A stretch of 64,000 nt of DNA, from contig NC_043009.1 of assembly GCF_006345805.1 (NCBI RefSeq), positions 12,772,001 through 12,836,000 of the forward strand, given 5' to 3'. The stretch comes from Octopus sinensis (lineage: Eukaryota). The notes under the pieces were generated by a model that was given only the letters and a program-made list of their open reading frames with translations, made no database searches and was not told the DNA's origin. Shown piece by piece: positions 1 to 14,427 of the stretch (position 1 is the first letter of the stretch; each line of letters opens with the position of its first letter). The position numbers and the translations under genes are program-made.

Positions 1-48
1 ACTTTTGATATAAAAAGCGTATCTATATATTTAATTTATTTTACAATT

Positions 49-101
<53 letters not shown>

Positions 102-186
102 CAGGATAAGATCGTTAATTTAAATATCGATCTTATCAAGTGGCCAGTATGGCAATAAAGCCTTCAAACCTTGAAGGTTTATATAT

Positions 187-233
<47 letters not shown>

Positions 234-240
234 CACATCA

Positions 241-553
241 GTAGCGAGATCATCAGAAAGAAGTCCGGCGTGAGAGATGTCATCGCAGAGTATACACGCA
301 GCAAGTTTAGATGGGCTGGACACGTCGCCCGGCTCACCGATAATCCGTGGACCCGCGCAGTTGTCGAGTGGTACCCGCGCAAGCAGAAACGACCACCCGG
401 AAGACCTCCACGACGGTGGAGTTACGATTTCAGGAGGACGATTGGGATCACGTGGATGAGAAAGGCGCGATCCAGAGAGGAATGGACAGCATGCTGTGAC
501 CAGCAGTGTCAAATGAACGCCCAACGGACTGGTCGGTCAAGGGGATCAAGGTG
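241..553 (+). mobile_element. RTE-clade LINE 3' fragment (RT C-terminus) inside (TA)n
   Basis: ORF 270..554 reads KFRWAGHVARLTDNPWTRAVVEWYPRKQKRPPGRPPRRW, the typical RTE ORF2 C-terminal signature. Confidence 0.85.
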
Positions 554-559
554 ATATAT

Positions 560-1110
560 ATATATATATATATATCAATAATTGAGGGTAAAATTAATTA
601 ATTAATCAATTTCAATTAATCAATTAATTTTACCCTCAATTGTTGATATTATAATTCATTTCTCTCGGTCATACTGCCTTGGTTCTCGCGGTTAAAATAT
701 AATGTTTGCTAGACAGACCACGTGGGTGGAATGGGGATTGCAGAATTTTACGCCTGCGCATTTTGAATTTGTTGAAACTGTTTAGTTGGAGTGGTTCATC
801 TGAAGCGACAAGTTCGCTGATAGGTAAAGTTCCTTCTTTTTAGTGTTTCCAAATCCAAATTAAGAAATTTTGAGCTGACGAAAGAAATGCTGATTTTATT
901 TGGCTAATCTTGAAACGTTGACGTACTCAAACGATCTATGTACTTGTGATATTTTTCTGTATTTACCCCAAACCTTCGTGAGCTGTCTGGAGTAAACATT
1001 ATCTGAGAGAAATTTTCTTTAAGTAGTAGAAATGCTAAGAAAAAAATTTTTTGGCTGCTATTTCTACTAAGTTCAGTATGTGGCAAAGTAATTTATTTTA
1101 CTAAGCCCTA
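560..1110 (+). mobile_element. Probable Penelope-like element terminal (pLTR) remnant
   Basis: Contains the hammerhead at 869-931 and a 28-bp-arm palindrome at 572-649. No coding sequence, so the family call is inferred. Confidence 0.45.
869..931 (+). ncRNA. Type I hammerhead ribozyme (CUGACGA core, GUA site)
   Basis: tttgag-CTGACGA-aaga...tctt-GAAA-cgt tg acg-TA-ctcaaa: 6-bp stem I, intact core, stem II closed by aaga/tctt, 3-bp stem III, predicted cleavage after 925. Confidence 0.85.
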
Positions 1111-1112
1111 AT

Positions 1113-1158
<46 letters not shown>

Positions 1159-1306
1159 TATATATTATATATAACAAAAATATAAATTTAATTGTTGAAT
1201 TCACTATGCAATGCAGACGATCGTTTAGATGCAGAAAATATTCAAATTAATATATCCGAAAATACATATATATGCAGGGGTTTGGGCGAAACGTAATACC
1301 TTATAC

Positions 1307-1608
1307 GTGGAGGCATATGGCCTGGTGGTTAGAGCAGCGGACTCGCGATCGAGGGATCGCGGATTCGAATCTCAGCCCGGACGATGCGTGTGTTTATGAG
1401 CGGAACACCTAAGCTCCACGCGGCTCCGGCAGAAGGTAATGGCGAACTTCTGCTGACTCTTTCTCCACAACTTTCTCTCACTCTTTCCTCCTGCATCCTG
1501 CAGCTCACCTGCGACGGACCGGCATCATATCCAGGTGGGGAACCTATACGCCAAGGAAACCAGGAAACCGGCCCTTATGAGCCAGGCGTGGTTCGAGAAG
1601 GAACAAAC
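1307..1608 (+). mobile_element. tRNA-derived SINE (Arg-like head, tail type A)
   Basis: A box TGGCCTGGTGG, B box GGATTCGAATC; homologous copy at 36165-36425. Confidence 0.8.
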
Positions 1609-1664
1609 TGAAAAACTGAAAATACCTTATACAGGTTTCATACTTTGGCTCAAGGCCAGCAATT

Positions 1665-2080
1665 ATCTGGAAAGAGGCTTAGTCGATTACATCGACACCA
1701 GTGCTCAACTAGTATTTATTTAATCGATACCAAAAAGGCAAAGTCAACCTCGATGCAATTTGAACTCGGAGCGTAAAGACAGACGAAAAACCTATTTCTT
1801 TACTACCCACAAGGGGCTAAACACAGAGGGGACAAACAAGGACAGACAAACGGATGAAGTCGATTATATCGACCCCAGTGAGTAACTGGTACTTATTTAA
1901 TCGACCCCGAAAGGATGAAAGGCAAAGTCGACCTCAGCGGAATTTGAACTCACAACGTAGAGGCAGACGAAATACCTATTTCTTTACTACCCCCAAGGGG
2001 CTAAACACAGAGAGGACAAACAAACGGGTTAAGTCGATCATATCGATCCCAGTGCGTAACTGGTACTTAATTTATCGCTG
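1665..2080 (-). mobile_element. Tandem bodies of a tRNA-derived SINE (gtcgactttgcctttcatcc core family)
   Basis: Repeated ~185-bp unit; same family at 9.4-10.3, 11.4, 27.4, 45.0, 62.6 and 63.8 kb. Confidence 0.8.
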
Positions 2081-2084
2081 ATAA

Positions 2085-3340
2085 TCAATAAACATCCTGG
2101 AAATCGCCGTGTTCAAAAATGATACTTGGAGTGGTAAATCGATAGAGGTCACCCTTCAAATCGATGGGTCCTCTATCGAGAACCTACCCAATATCATATA
2201 CTTGGAAAATGGGCAAAGCCTGTATGTGGTAGCGCTGAGACTGCGACATCTCTGGGACTTCATCGATGACTGTGAACAGGTGTGGGCGCCGTTTGTGAGG
2301 CGCGCCTTCCCGCAGCTCGTCTCACTGACCGAACTGTAAACGTGGATCAAGAAGAGACCGAAACTGGGTGATTGGCATCGAGAGTGTCGACAAGCTCTAC
2401 AGCAGCTCTGCCGTCCGGGGTCAAACTTGTGCAACTTACAAACGACTAAAGCGTTCTATAGAGAACTAGTGGAAGGGAGGTCTGACGACACACTCGGGCG
2501 TCGGCGAGAAATTCCTAACCCGCTTTTCCAGGACGACGTTCGGGCCGGGGCCTATGGATAACTTCCAGAGATCTCTGGCTTGGCAATGCTATCGAGACGC
2601 ACTACCTGTTCGAGAGAAGAGCTACAGGCACGGTTCGAAAATCATCACCGGACCGACCTGCCCGAGATGCGGTCAGAACGACGAAACCGTTCTGCACGCA
2701 CTCGTGCAGTGTCCAGTTATTTCAGAGCTGTGGACCTTCGTCGAACAGCTGTTGTCGCGTGTAGGACGGGCCCGCTTATCGGCCGAGTCTATCGTGAATA
2801 TTGTTCCACCACCTTCCTTTAAACGGGAAGGGAAAACTGTTTTCGTTACACTGATGGCTATGGCGAAAGAATGTGTGTGGTGGACGCGTTTGAAAGGACT
2901 ACAAACAAACACCTTCCTCTCTGGTCAGTCTCTCGTCAACTTTTTCAAGTACCCCTTGAAAAGGAGGATGAGAATAGAGAGGAAGGCTTTGTCGAACGAA
3001 TGTTTTAATAAAAAGTGGGTAAAAGTGGCAAAAAGACGCACCATTTTAAGCGTAAATCTGTAACCAAAAGAGACAACGAGAGGTAAGATGACTTACTCAT
3101 GTGTACATTTCGAACTGTCTGAGGTGACCTTGGTCTTTTTTGTAGGTTTTTCTTTCCAAGGCTACACCTAAACTGTGAACTTCATATGTATTGCTTTTTT
3201 ATACACCACATAACCCACAGATCCCTATTGATCGAACGTTTTTTCTTTGTGTGTCTTACCCATCCCACCTCGAAAAGAAAAAACTCTACATTGTATTTCG
3301 TCCAATTTTTCTGTGTTTAGCCCTGTGTGGCCACAATAAA
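2085..3340 (+). mobile_element. L1/Tx1-clade LINE 3' portion with 3' UTR
   Basis: ORF 2554..3063 has CYRDALPVRE and the CCHC motif CPRCGQNDETVLHALVQC; broken upstream ORF pieces; ends in AATAAA before (TATC)n. Confidence 0.8.
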
Positions 3341-3343
3341 AAG

Positions 3344-3890
<547 letters not shown>

Positions 3891-4316
3891 TATCATCTCT
3901 CTCTATATATACCTCTATTGTTTGTACACACACACACACACACACACACACACTTATAATATAATTTTATGGCTTAAATAATTTACTAATATTCATAACA
4001 CATGATAAATGATTCGACAACTTTCGTTAACGCGATTTTTATATAAAGGGATAGATAAGAAGGGCATAAGAAATAGTTAGTTGCAGCAGAATTAGTTACT
4101 CAGATGGAATGGAATCGAAAGCGATGCAACATTCAAACATAAAAGAGAAATTGAGAATTAGCGGAGTTATTTCCCTTCAACAATAAAACGTTTACTGCAA
4201 TGCAAAACGGAAAAAGTTGGACAGGAGAAGACATGGGAGAGAGAGACGTCGAAGAGTTGGCAGAATGTATGACAAAAGAACTTTGAAAAATAAACTACTA
4301 CTACTAATAATAATAA

Positions 4317-4888
<572 letters not shown>

Positions 4889-5159
4889 CTGTATATTGTA
4901 TTTCAAATAAAGTGTAAATGTCATTATCCTCCGTCTGTCTGTCTGTCTGTCTGCCTGTCTGTCTATATATTTTATCTGTGTTTCTATCAATTCGTTCGTC
5001 AGTCTGTCTCTCTGTCTGTCTGTCAGCACCTCACTATGGAATTTATTTAAATCAAGGGCGATGAGATCAGGATTCCTTTTGTTTTATGTGTATACCTTAC
5101 TTCTCATTATCTTTATTCTAAATGCAATCGCTGACTGAATAATGTTAGATGGGACTTAT

Positions 5160-5600
5160 GGTGAAAACCTTGACATTGTCTGGCACGAGGGAATTGTAGA
5201 AAGTGATGAGGAGCTTTGACAGTATCCTCATATGAGTGAGTCAAACCATATTGGAAAATTCAGACTGCGCAGGTCTTCTGGAGAACAAAACCTGACACTT
5301 TTTCAAAACAGCAGGTTTTCAACAAGCAGAAGTTCTGTATCAAATTCCTCAAAGTATTGTCCTATTTCCCGAAGCAGAAGGGTTAGAAGCAGTCGTAGAC
5401 GATGATGTTGGATTTGCTAAGATCCCATAAAGAAAGCCTGGCAAATGAAGGCTAAAGATGCTGGAATAAAAGTGAGCTGAAGAGGATGTGGCAGCTCTAT
5501 CGATTCCACATCAGATGAGTCGAAAGAATAGGGCAAAACGGTTAGCGCTTACGAGGAGGGTTTTCAAGATTTTGCTGATAACTTTGGCGCTTTCGTGACT
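5160..5600 (-). mobile_element. Degenerate CR1-like LINE RT fragment
   Basis: Minus frame gives KPAVLKKC...ILSKLLITFYNSLVPDNVKVF, similar to the region just upstream of CR1 RT; has stops and frameshifts. Confidence 0.5.
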
Positions 5601-5900
5601 GTATGGTAAAAAAGTTTGCTTTCCAACTACAAGGTTCCGGGTTCAGTCCCACCGCGGGTGCCTTGGGCAAGTGTTTTCAACTCTAGCCTCAGGCTGGCCA
5701 AAGCGAGTGAATATGGTAAATGGAAACTGAAGGAAGCCCATCGTGTATGTATATACATATATATATGAACATATGTGTGGTAAGGAGCTTGTTTTCCAAC
5801 CACATGATTCCGAGTTCAGTCCCACTGCGTGGCATCTTGGGTAAGTGTCTTCTACTAAAGCCCCGTGGTTTTGGTAGATGGAAACTGAAAGAAGCCCGTC

Positions 5901-5974
<74 letters not shown>

Positions 5975-6359
5975 GTGTGAAGGTGTCTTTGTATCTGTTT
6001 GTCCCCCCACCATTGCTTGACAACCAATGTTGGTGTGTTTATGCTCCCGAAACTTAGCGGTTCAGCATAGGATCCTGATAGAATAAATACTAGGCTTACA
6101 AAGAATAAGTTCCGGGGTCGATTTCTTCGACTAAAGACGGTGCTCCAGCTTGGTCGCAGTCAAATGACTGAAACGTGTAAAAGAGTAAAAATCGTATATA
6201 TATAAGCTCAGGAGTGGCTTGTTTACCATCACATGATTCCGGGTTCAGTCCCACTGCGTGGCACCTACCTTGGGCAAGTGTCTTCTACTACAACCTCGAG
6301 CCGACCAAAGTGTTGTGAGTGGATTTTAGGTGGAAACTGAAAGAAGCCCATCGTATATA

Positions 6360-6401
<42 letters not shown>

Positions 6402-6990
6402 TATATATATATATATATATATAATAACAATTGATAATAAAACATATGCATATATACATACATATATGTACGTACCTACATCTACATGCATATAGGGGTA
6501 CAGGACACCAAAAAAAAAAACGTCGAACACAATGAGAGACGAAAACATAAACACAAAACCAAGGAACTGGGCATTTTTCTTAAACGACGAAAAAATAGAG
6601 TACAGGACAAATAACACAAGGAAAATTCCCCTTCTTCAGTCGCCATGGTTTCATCTACTCCGCGTTTCGAAGGTGAAGGCGAGACGCGACTTCCACTGAA
6701 ACATTCCTTCCCGCCAAAAGCAAATTAAATAAAATTTGTGATTTTTTTTGCGGAGGGGTAAAATATGTATATATGTATTTGTGTGTCTGTGTTTGTCTGC
6801 CTCACCATCGTTTGACAACCAATGTTGGTGTGTTTACGTCCCTGTAACTTAGCGGTTCGGCAAAAGAGACCGATAGAATAAGTACTAGTCTTACAGAAGA
6901 ATAAGTCTCGGGGGCGATTTGTTCATCTAAAGGCGGTGCTCCAGCATGGCCACAGACAAATGACAGAAGCAAATAAGAGAATAAAAGAAT
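5594..6990 (+). mobile_element. Two CORE-like SINEs with internal (TA)n; second interrupted by a PLE-like fragment (~6440-6770)
   Basis: Head ggttccgggttcagtcccactgcgtggcaccttgggcaagtgtc; tail gcggtgctccagcatggcc...gactgaaac...aaaagagtaaaa. Confidence 0.75.
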
Positions 6991-7107
6991 ATGCCCTATA
7001 TCACCGGGTATATTTTGCGTCTGCGCAGAGATTTGAAAAGTTAAGATCTGCAAGATGTTGAGATCAACACATGGTCTAACGCGCTGCGTATCTCGATTCA
7101 ATTTAGG

Positions 7108-7189
7108 CGTCTCGCTGATGAAACCAGCCTTAGCAAACATATTCTGTGTTTTGCTAGAAAGAGGTAGAAACTGATATCAGTCCGAGATG
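7108..7189 (+). ncRNA. Type I hammerhead ribozyme (CUGAUGA core, GUC site)
   Basis: cgtctcg-CTGATGA-aacc...tagcaaa/tttgcta...ggta-GAAA-ctgatatcag-TC-cgagatg: 7-bp stem I, 10-nt palindromic stem III, predicted cleavage after 7182. Confidence 0.88.
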
Positions 7190-7544
7190 TAAAGTTATCG
7201 GTAAATGTTTTTGATTTTCACTCTCGATAAATTTATCCCCTTTTTGTGTCCCCAGCACTTGGCATCCTTATTTAGGAGCCCTTAATTATATTTCTATATA
7301 TATATATGTGTGCGCGGGCATGCGTGTGTGTGTGCACCCATGTGTGAATGTGTGTGCGTGCGTGTGCGCGCGCGTGTGTGAGTGACCCACGGCCGCTTAA
7401 CAACCGGTGTTGGTGTCTTTACGTCCCCGTAACTAGACCGATAAGACAAGCAATATAGGCGCAGGTATGGCTGTTTAGTAAGAAATTTGCTTTCCAACCA
7501 CATGGTTCCCCGGTTCAGTCCCACTGCAATGCAACCTGAGGATA

Positions 7545-7775
7545 TGTAACGAGCAGGAGAACCCAATCATAGTTGTCAGACAATTACTGCCACCACATCA
7601 CCCTTAACATCTGGCCACCTAAACTCTCCACACTGCAACCCCCTGGATTATTATATGTGGAGTGCAGTTGAGCGAAAGATGAACTGAAGGCAAGGATTAT
7701 GGCAGCATACACCAACTTAAACAAGGAGGCCATCCAGAAGAGTTGCAGGAGATTCCGAAGTCGTCTGGAGGCCGA
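7545..7775 (+). mobile_element. Tc1/mariner (DD37D/maT-like) transposase C-terminal remnant
   Basis: NIWPPK..LQPLDYYMWSAVER..ELKARIMAAYTNLNKEAIQKSCRRFRSRLEA. Confidence 0.7.
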
Positions 7776-7825
7776 TAAAGGTCTTGTGAATGGACTTTGT
7801 AGAGGGAAACTGAAAGAAGCTCTTC

Positions 7826-7883
<58 letters not shown>

Positions 7884-8341
7884 GTATGCATGTAAAGGCA
7901 TTTATATATACATTCTGTATGATGGACGCTCCCGTCGAAGACGACGTATGACTGTTCAGCTTTTGCCGAACGGCCTGCACAAAGGATTTGTTTATATTAA
8001 TCAAATGTTCCCACACACTGCACATTAGCTCACTCCTTCCATCAAATCGACGTTACTGGAACAGGTGTAGGGTGTACCATGCAAAGTGATTTCAGAATGA
8101 TCCGTCCTTGTATCGTCTATCTAGATGTTTTGTTGTCCCTTTTTGTACCACCTATTTGTCCGGATGTTTTGCGTACTTGTCCCAGTTTGTATTTTATATA
8201 TATATATATAATATTATTATATATTTATAAAATATCTATGTACCTATTATGTATATATATATAAATATATATATATATATACACACATACATACGTACAT
8301 ACATATATTTATATGTATGTATACACAACACACACACATAT

Positions 8342-8451
<110 letters not shown>

Positions 8452-9424
8452 ATATATACACAGACATATATACACAGACATAACTCGAGTTACGGGCACT
8501 TCTGTTTACGTTGTTTCGCTTCTACGGAGATAATATGACCAATAATTTCCAAATATGGCCTGTTATTTCTCTTTTGCTGAACCTCAGATAAAGTTTGAGA
8601 ATTTTATCTTCATTTTCTTTTTAGTCAATGGGCCACTTTTCAGCGTTTTAACTAAGATTAACCTAGTTAACAATTTAAAAATCTATAATGACAATACGTG
8701 CACACACACTCACTCACACACACACACAGAGAGGTTATCTCTTGTGTTATATATGCACACACCACTTATGCGGACATAAATATGTGTGTGTGAGTATGTG
8801 TGTGTGCGTGTGTGTGTGTGTGCGAGTGTGTGTGTGCGCCGCGTGTGTGTGTGTGCGTGCGTGTGTGTGTGTGTCCGTGCTGCTGTATATTTTCTTAGGT
8901 TACAATGCGTAGATTCCTATCACTCAATGTATCTATTATTCTAAACGCACGCGCGCGTGGATACACTCACATACACACACTCACACACACACACACGCAC
9001 GCACTCTCACAAGTACACACACGCACACACATTCATACGTACATGTGTGTATGTAATCAACCTTTGCCACCGCCACTACCCATCATGTGCCCCAACATAA
9101 CCAGCATTACTTTCAAAACCATTGCAAACCATCACCGTTAGCAACCCAGCAATTCTTTAATCACCAACAACTACAGCAACAAATAATAGGAAGGCAAGCA
9201 ACTCAATCCGAAATAAAAAAAAAACAGAAAATAGCGACGTGGGATAATGCAGTGCTGTAGTGTATGTTAAATTTTGAATGCGACGTCTTTAACTTTAGGT
9301 CAATGAGGATTAACTTGGAGCTCAACAGCAATACCGATTAATTAGTAGTAATAACAATATTGTCACTGCCACCACTAACAATACCCCCACCATCGCTATC
9401 CCCATCACCAACACCAAGACCAAA

Positions 9425-10335
9425 TACGGAATTTGAACTCAGAGCATGAAACCGGACGAAATGCCTGTAAGCATTTTGACAGGCGTGCTAACGATTCTTA
9501 TTTCTTTATTGCCCACAAAGGGCTAAACATAGAGGGGGCAAACAAGGACAGTCAAAGGGATTAAATCGATTACATCGACTCCAGTGCGTAACTGGTACTT
9601 ATCTAATCGACCCCGAAAGGATGAAAGGCAAAGTCGACTCGGCGGAATTTGAACTCAGAACATAGTGGCAGACGAAATACCTGTTTCTTTACTACCCACA
9701 AGGGGCTAAACACAGATAGGTCAAACAAGGACAGACAAACGGATTAAGTCGATTACATCGACCCCCAGTGCGTAACTGGTACTTAATTTATCGACCCCGA
9801 AAGGATGAAAGGCAAAGCCGACATCGGTGGAATTTGAGCTCAGAACGTAGCGGCAGACAAAATACCTATTTCTTTACTACCCACAAGGGGCTAAACACAG
9901 AGAGGACAAACAAGGACAGACAAACGGATTAAGTCGATTACATCGACCCCAGTGCGTAACTGGTACTTAATTTATCGACCCGGAAAGGATGAAAGGCAAA
10001 GTCGACCTCGGCGGAATTTGAACTCAGAACGTAACTGCAAACGAAATACTGCTAAGCATTTCGCCCGGCGTGCTAACGTTTCTGCCAGTTCGCCGCCTTA
10101 TGTTTAACTAAGATATTGAGTTAAAATTTTGGCAGAATGTCAGCATTTTCGGGGGAACGGGTGAGTCGATAATATTGTCACCGGTGCTCAACTGGTACTT
10201 ATTTTATCGACCTCGAAACGATGGAGGGCAAAGTCGATCTCGGTGGAATTTGAACTCAGACGGTAAAGACAGACGAAATACTCCCAAACATTTCCCCCGA
10301 CAGTAATAACGATTCTGCTTGCTGGTCGCCTTATG
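9425..10335 (-). mobile_element. SINE multimer (head plus three bodies) nested among older SINE copies
   Basis: Head ~10046-10098; ~185-bp bodies at ~9500-9680, 9681-9865 and 9866-10045. Confidence 0.85.
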
Positions 10336-11072
10336 TTCAGCTAAGATACTAACATCAAATTCACGATCCAGCACTAGTTAGCTCTGACCATTTGAAGGTG
10401 GGGTATCCTTCCTCCGTTTCCTCATCAATATTCTTTAATATCTAATTTCAGACCATTAATTAGACTGTAACGAAGTAGAGTTAAATGAGTTGTCTTTAGG
10501 GGACAACAATTACTTGATATTAACACAACAGCTAATAAAGCAAAGCTGTTAGCGCCTCATTGGATCATCTATTGCATTTGTATTGATGGTGATGAAGATG
10601 ATAGTGACAGTGGAGGTTGTGGAGATGTTAATCGTAGTGGCGGCATTCGCGGTGCTGTAGTAGTAGTAGTAGTGGTAGTGGTGGTGGTGGTGGTGGTGGT
10701 GGTGGCGGTAGTTGTGAAGCTGGTAATAGAATTAGTGGTGATAATGGTGGTGGTTTTGGTACTGGCGGCAGCAGTACTGGTGATAGTGTCGACGTGGTGA
10801 TGGTGCTGGTGAACGTGGCGTCAATGATTATATAACGGTGGTGGTGGTAATAGTAGTGGTTTTGTGGCGGTCATGGTGATAGTTGCATAACTGGTGACAA
10901 TTGGCGGTGGAGGTGGTGGCAGTACTGATACTAGTGATAGTAGTGAAGGATGAGGTGGAGGAACTAGTGATTATGGTGGTAGTGGTGGTGATAGTTGCAG
11001 CAATGTTGTTGAAGGTAATGATGATAGTGATGAGTGGGGTGGCATATGAAGTAGTACCAACGATAATTTTTA

Positions 11073-11362
11073 TTTATTTATGCGCCCTTTTCAAGCCCAG
11101 CCAGTCTCATGGGCCTGTTTCCCGGTTTCTGTGGCGTATGTGTTCCCCACAGCTGGACGGGGCGCCATGAAACAGGAAGAAAGGGTGAGAGAAATTTGGG
11201 GCGAAATAGTACAACAGGGGTCGCTACCATCCCCTGCCGGAGCCTCGTGGAGCCTTCAAGTGTTTTCACTCAATAAACACACACAACGCCCGGTCTGGGA
11301 ATCGAAACCGCTATCCTCCGACCGAGAGTCCGCTGCCCTAACCACTGAGCTATTGCGCCTCC
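11073..11362 (-). mobile_element. tRNA-derived SINE (Arg-like head, tail type B)
   Basis: Minus: ggaggcgcaatagctcagtggttagggcagcggactc...ggtttcgattccc; ends gggcgcataaataa. Confidence 0.8.
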
Positions 11363-11370
11363 ACACCAAG

Positions 11371-11592
11371 GGTAATAATGGTTTCAAATTTTGGCACGAG
11401 GCCAACAATTTCAGTGGATGGGGTAAATGAGTTACAACGACTCCAGTGCTCAACTGGTACTTATTTTATCGATCCCCATAGAATGAAATGCAAAGTTGAC
11501 CTCGGCGGCATTTGAACTCGGAACGTAAAAGCGGACGAAACACCGCCAAGCATTTTGCCCTGTGTGTTAACGATTCTTCCAGCTCGCCGCCT
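11371..11592 (-). mobile_element. Older SINE of the gtcgactttgcctttcatcc core family
   Basis: aggcggcgagctgg head and ctggtacttattttatcga core. Confidence 0.7.
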
Positions 11593-11960
11593 CTTTAAGT
11601 TCTCGTCTGCTAGGTTCACTCACAAGTCTTTGGTCGACCCGTGGAAAAACTAGAAGACATTTGCTCAAGGTGCCAGGCACTGGGACGAACCCAGAACCAT
11701 GTGATTGGGAAGCTAACTTCTTAGCACATGAGTACTCTCGCACCTAATCCAATTAGTAGTTGAAGAAATTTTGGTGTTGTAAGGCAGTTAGCTGTAGAGG
11801 TGGTAGTGTGGCTAGTAGTGGCTTTGGCAGTGTAGTTGAAGTATGGGTGTTAGTGATATCAATAACGGTGCTGGTATTGCGGGTGGCAGTGTTCCTGATA
11901 GAGCGTTGCTTGGGTGGTGGTATCCGACGTGTACCAGTTAATGTGTATGTTAGTTTGGGT

Positions 11961-12320
11961 GGAGGCGCAATGGCCCAGTGGTTAGGGCAGCGGACTCGCG
12001 GTCGTAGGATCGCGGTTTCGATTCCCAGACCGGGCGTTGTGAGTGTTTATTGAGCGAAAACACCTAAAAGCTCTACGAGGCTCCGGCAGGGGATGGTGGT
12101 GATCCCTGCCGTACTCTTTCACTTCCTGTTTCTGTTGTACCTGTATTTCAAAGGGCCGGCCTTGTCACTCTCTGTGTCACGCTGAATATCCCCGAGAACT
12201 ACGTTAAGGGTACACGTGTCTGTGGAGTGCTCAGCCACTTACACGTTAATTTCACGAGCAATCTGTTCCGTTGATCGGATCAACCGGAACCCTCGTCGTC
12301 GTAGCCGACGGAGTGCTTCC
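11961..12320 (+). mobile_element. Full-length tRNA-derived SINE (tail type C) with 14-bp TSD
   Basis: TSD atgttagtttgggt at 11947-11960 and 12321-12334; A and B boxes present. Confidence 0.92.
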
Positions 12321-12924
12321 ATGTTAGTTTGGGTAGTAGTGATGTCAATGCGGATGTAGTAGTGATGTTGATGGTATGAGTCGGTAGTAGTGATGTTGGT
12401 GTTATGCTTTCATAGTACATGTATTAGTTGTAGAGTGGTAGGGTTGGCGCTTAGTGCTGCTATCGTTGTCGCTATTAGTAGTGATAGAGTTGTTGCAGTG
12501 TATGTGTTCTTGTTAGTAATGGTAGTCTTAAGGAGACTCAGCTGTTGCGGTTGTAGTTGTACTTAGTAGGCAATGATATAGAGTTTCTTGTAGAGTAGAA
12601 TTCAGGTATTGATGTTTGTGTAGGGATGGCTGTGGAGGAGGCTGCGCGGTTGTGATGTTGGTGATGATGTTGGTAGTGCTGGTGGTGATGTTGGTAGTGT
12701 TGGTGATGATGTTGGTAGCGTTGGTAGTGATGACAAGGTGGTTGTAGTACTACAAGAGTCGGTGATGGAAGCGAAATTAATATTCTTTGCTCCAGGTTAG
12801 CCGTGATCTGGTGATGTCGGCGGTGCTCAAAATATTATTCAATGGAGTGTGAATAAAGACGACAGGGCTGGTATCGTGTGAAATCGTTGTTGTTGTTGTT
12901 ATTATTATTATAATAATAATAATA

Positions 12925-12963
<39 letters not shown>

Positions 12964-13088
12964 CTCATCATTATCAAGAGTAGTAGTAATAGTAGTAGTA
13001 GCAGTAGTAGGAGTAATATGTATGTACGAGTATATGTATATGTATGTACGAGTATATACATAAATACACACTCAGACACACACGCATT

Positions 13089-13147
<59 letters not shown>

Positions 13148-13338
13148 ATAAATATATATACACACACAATATATATATATATATATACATACACACACAC
13201 ATACATATGGTGTGTGTGTGTTCGTGCGTGTTTGAATTTTACATTTAGACAATATATATATATAATATATATATATATTTATATATAGAAGGAGCTTCTA
13301 CAGGACTAGAACTGTTTATTCAAGAGAATCATATATAT

Positions 13339-13370
<32 letters not shown>

Positions 13371-13787
13371 CACATATATATATATATGTACGATACATAT
13401 TCGTATAGATATTCGTATGCATAGTTATACTAATACCTATATACGTAGATACATACATACTTACATACATACAAATATATATTTATATATATACTCATAC
13501 ACACACAAACACATGTTCCTTGTAAAATAGATGTGATATTTTACTACATACTTTGAATGATCCTTTTAATTAATTCTTGACTCTGTATATATATATATAT
13601 ATACACACACATATATATGCATAAAAGCAAATATTGAAATATGTTTATATAAACAATGTCTATATGCTTTTATAACACATGTATGCACATTACACACACA
13701 GACCTGTCTATGATAGATATATATGCCTATGTTACATTATATATACATAAATGCATAAATACACACACACACACACACACACATACA

Positions 13788-13823
<36 letters not shown>

Positions 13824-13996
13824 TATATATAGATGATTTATGTTATCAATATATATATTACATGCATGTACTCTGTAGATGTAATTATGCCGAATACGTA
13901 TTCTTAAAATATAAGTTGTGTATGTATGTATGTATGTATGTTGTATGTATTAATATATATATATATAATATATTATATATATATATATATGCATAC

Positions 13997-14040
<44 letters not shown>

Positions 14041-14072
14041 ACATCATACATATATATATATATATAAATGCA

Positions 14073-14120
<48 letters not shown>

Positions 14121-14151
14121 TAATAATATATATATATATATATATAATGTA

Positions 14152-14189
<38 letters not shown>

Positions 14190-14379
14190 CATGTATGTAT
14201 GTATGAATATATATATATTGCACTTATGTATAGATATAATGTATTTATGTTATGTATAAACTAGTATATGTGTAATGTATCTATATTTATCTAACTATCT
14301 ATATTTTATATTTTATTTAATATATATAGCATGTATCCATAGTCATGAAGATATGTGTGTTTACATATATATATATATA

Positions 14380-14427
<48 letters not shown>

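Larger units (their letters stand above)
10570..12770. repeat. Degenerate (GGT/GTA/GAT)n low-complexity domain interrupted by SINEs
   Basis: G/T-rich trinucleotide runs at ~10570-11060, 11750-11960 and 12335-12770. Confidence 0.85.

Noticed and set aside
5474-5530. CTGAAGA...GAAA
   Set aside because: No stem III, NUH site or stem I; lies inside a CR1 fragment.
6620-6720. GAAAC and CTGAAGA motifs on the minus strand
   Set aside because: Wrong order and no valid cleavage triplet; kept only as a PLE-like fragment.
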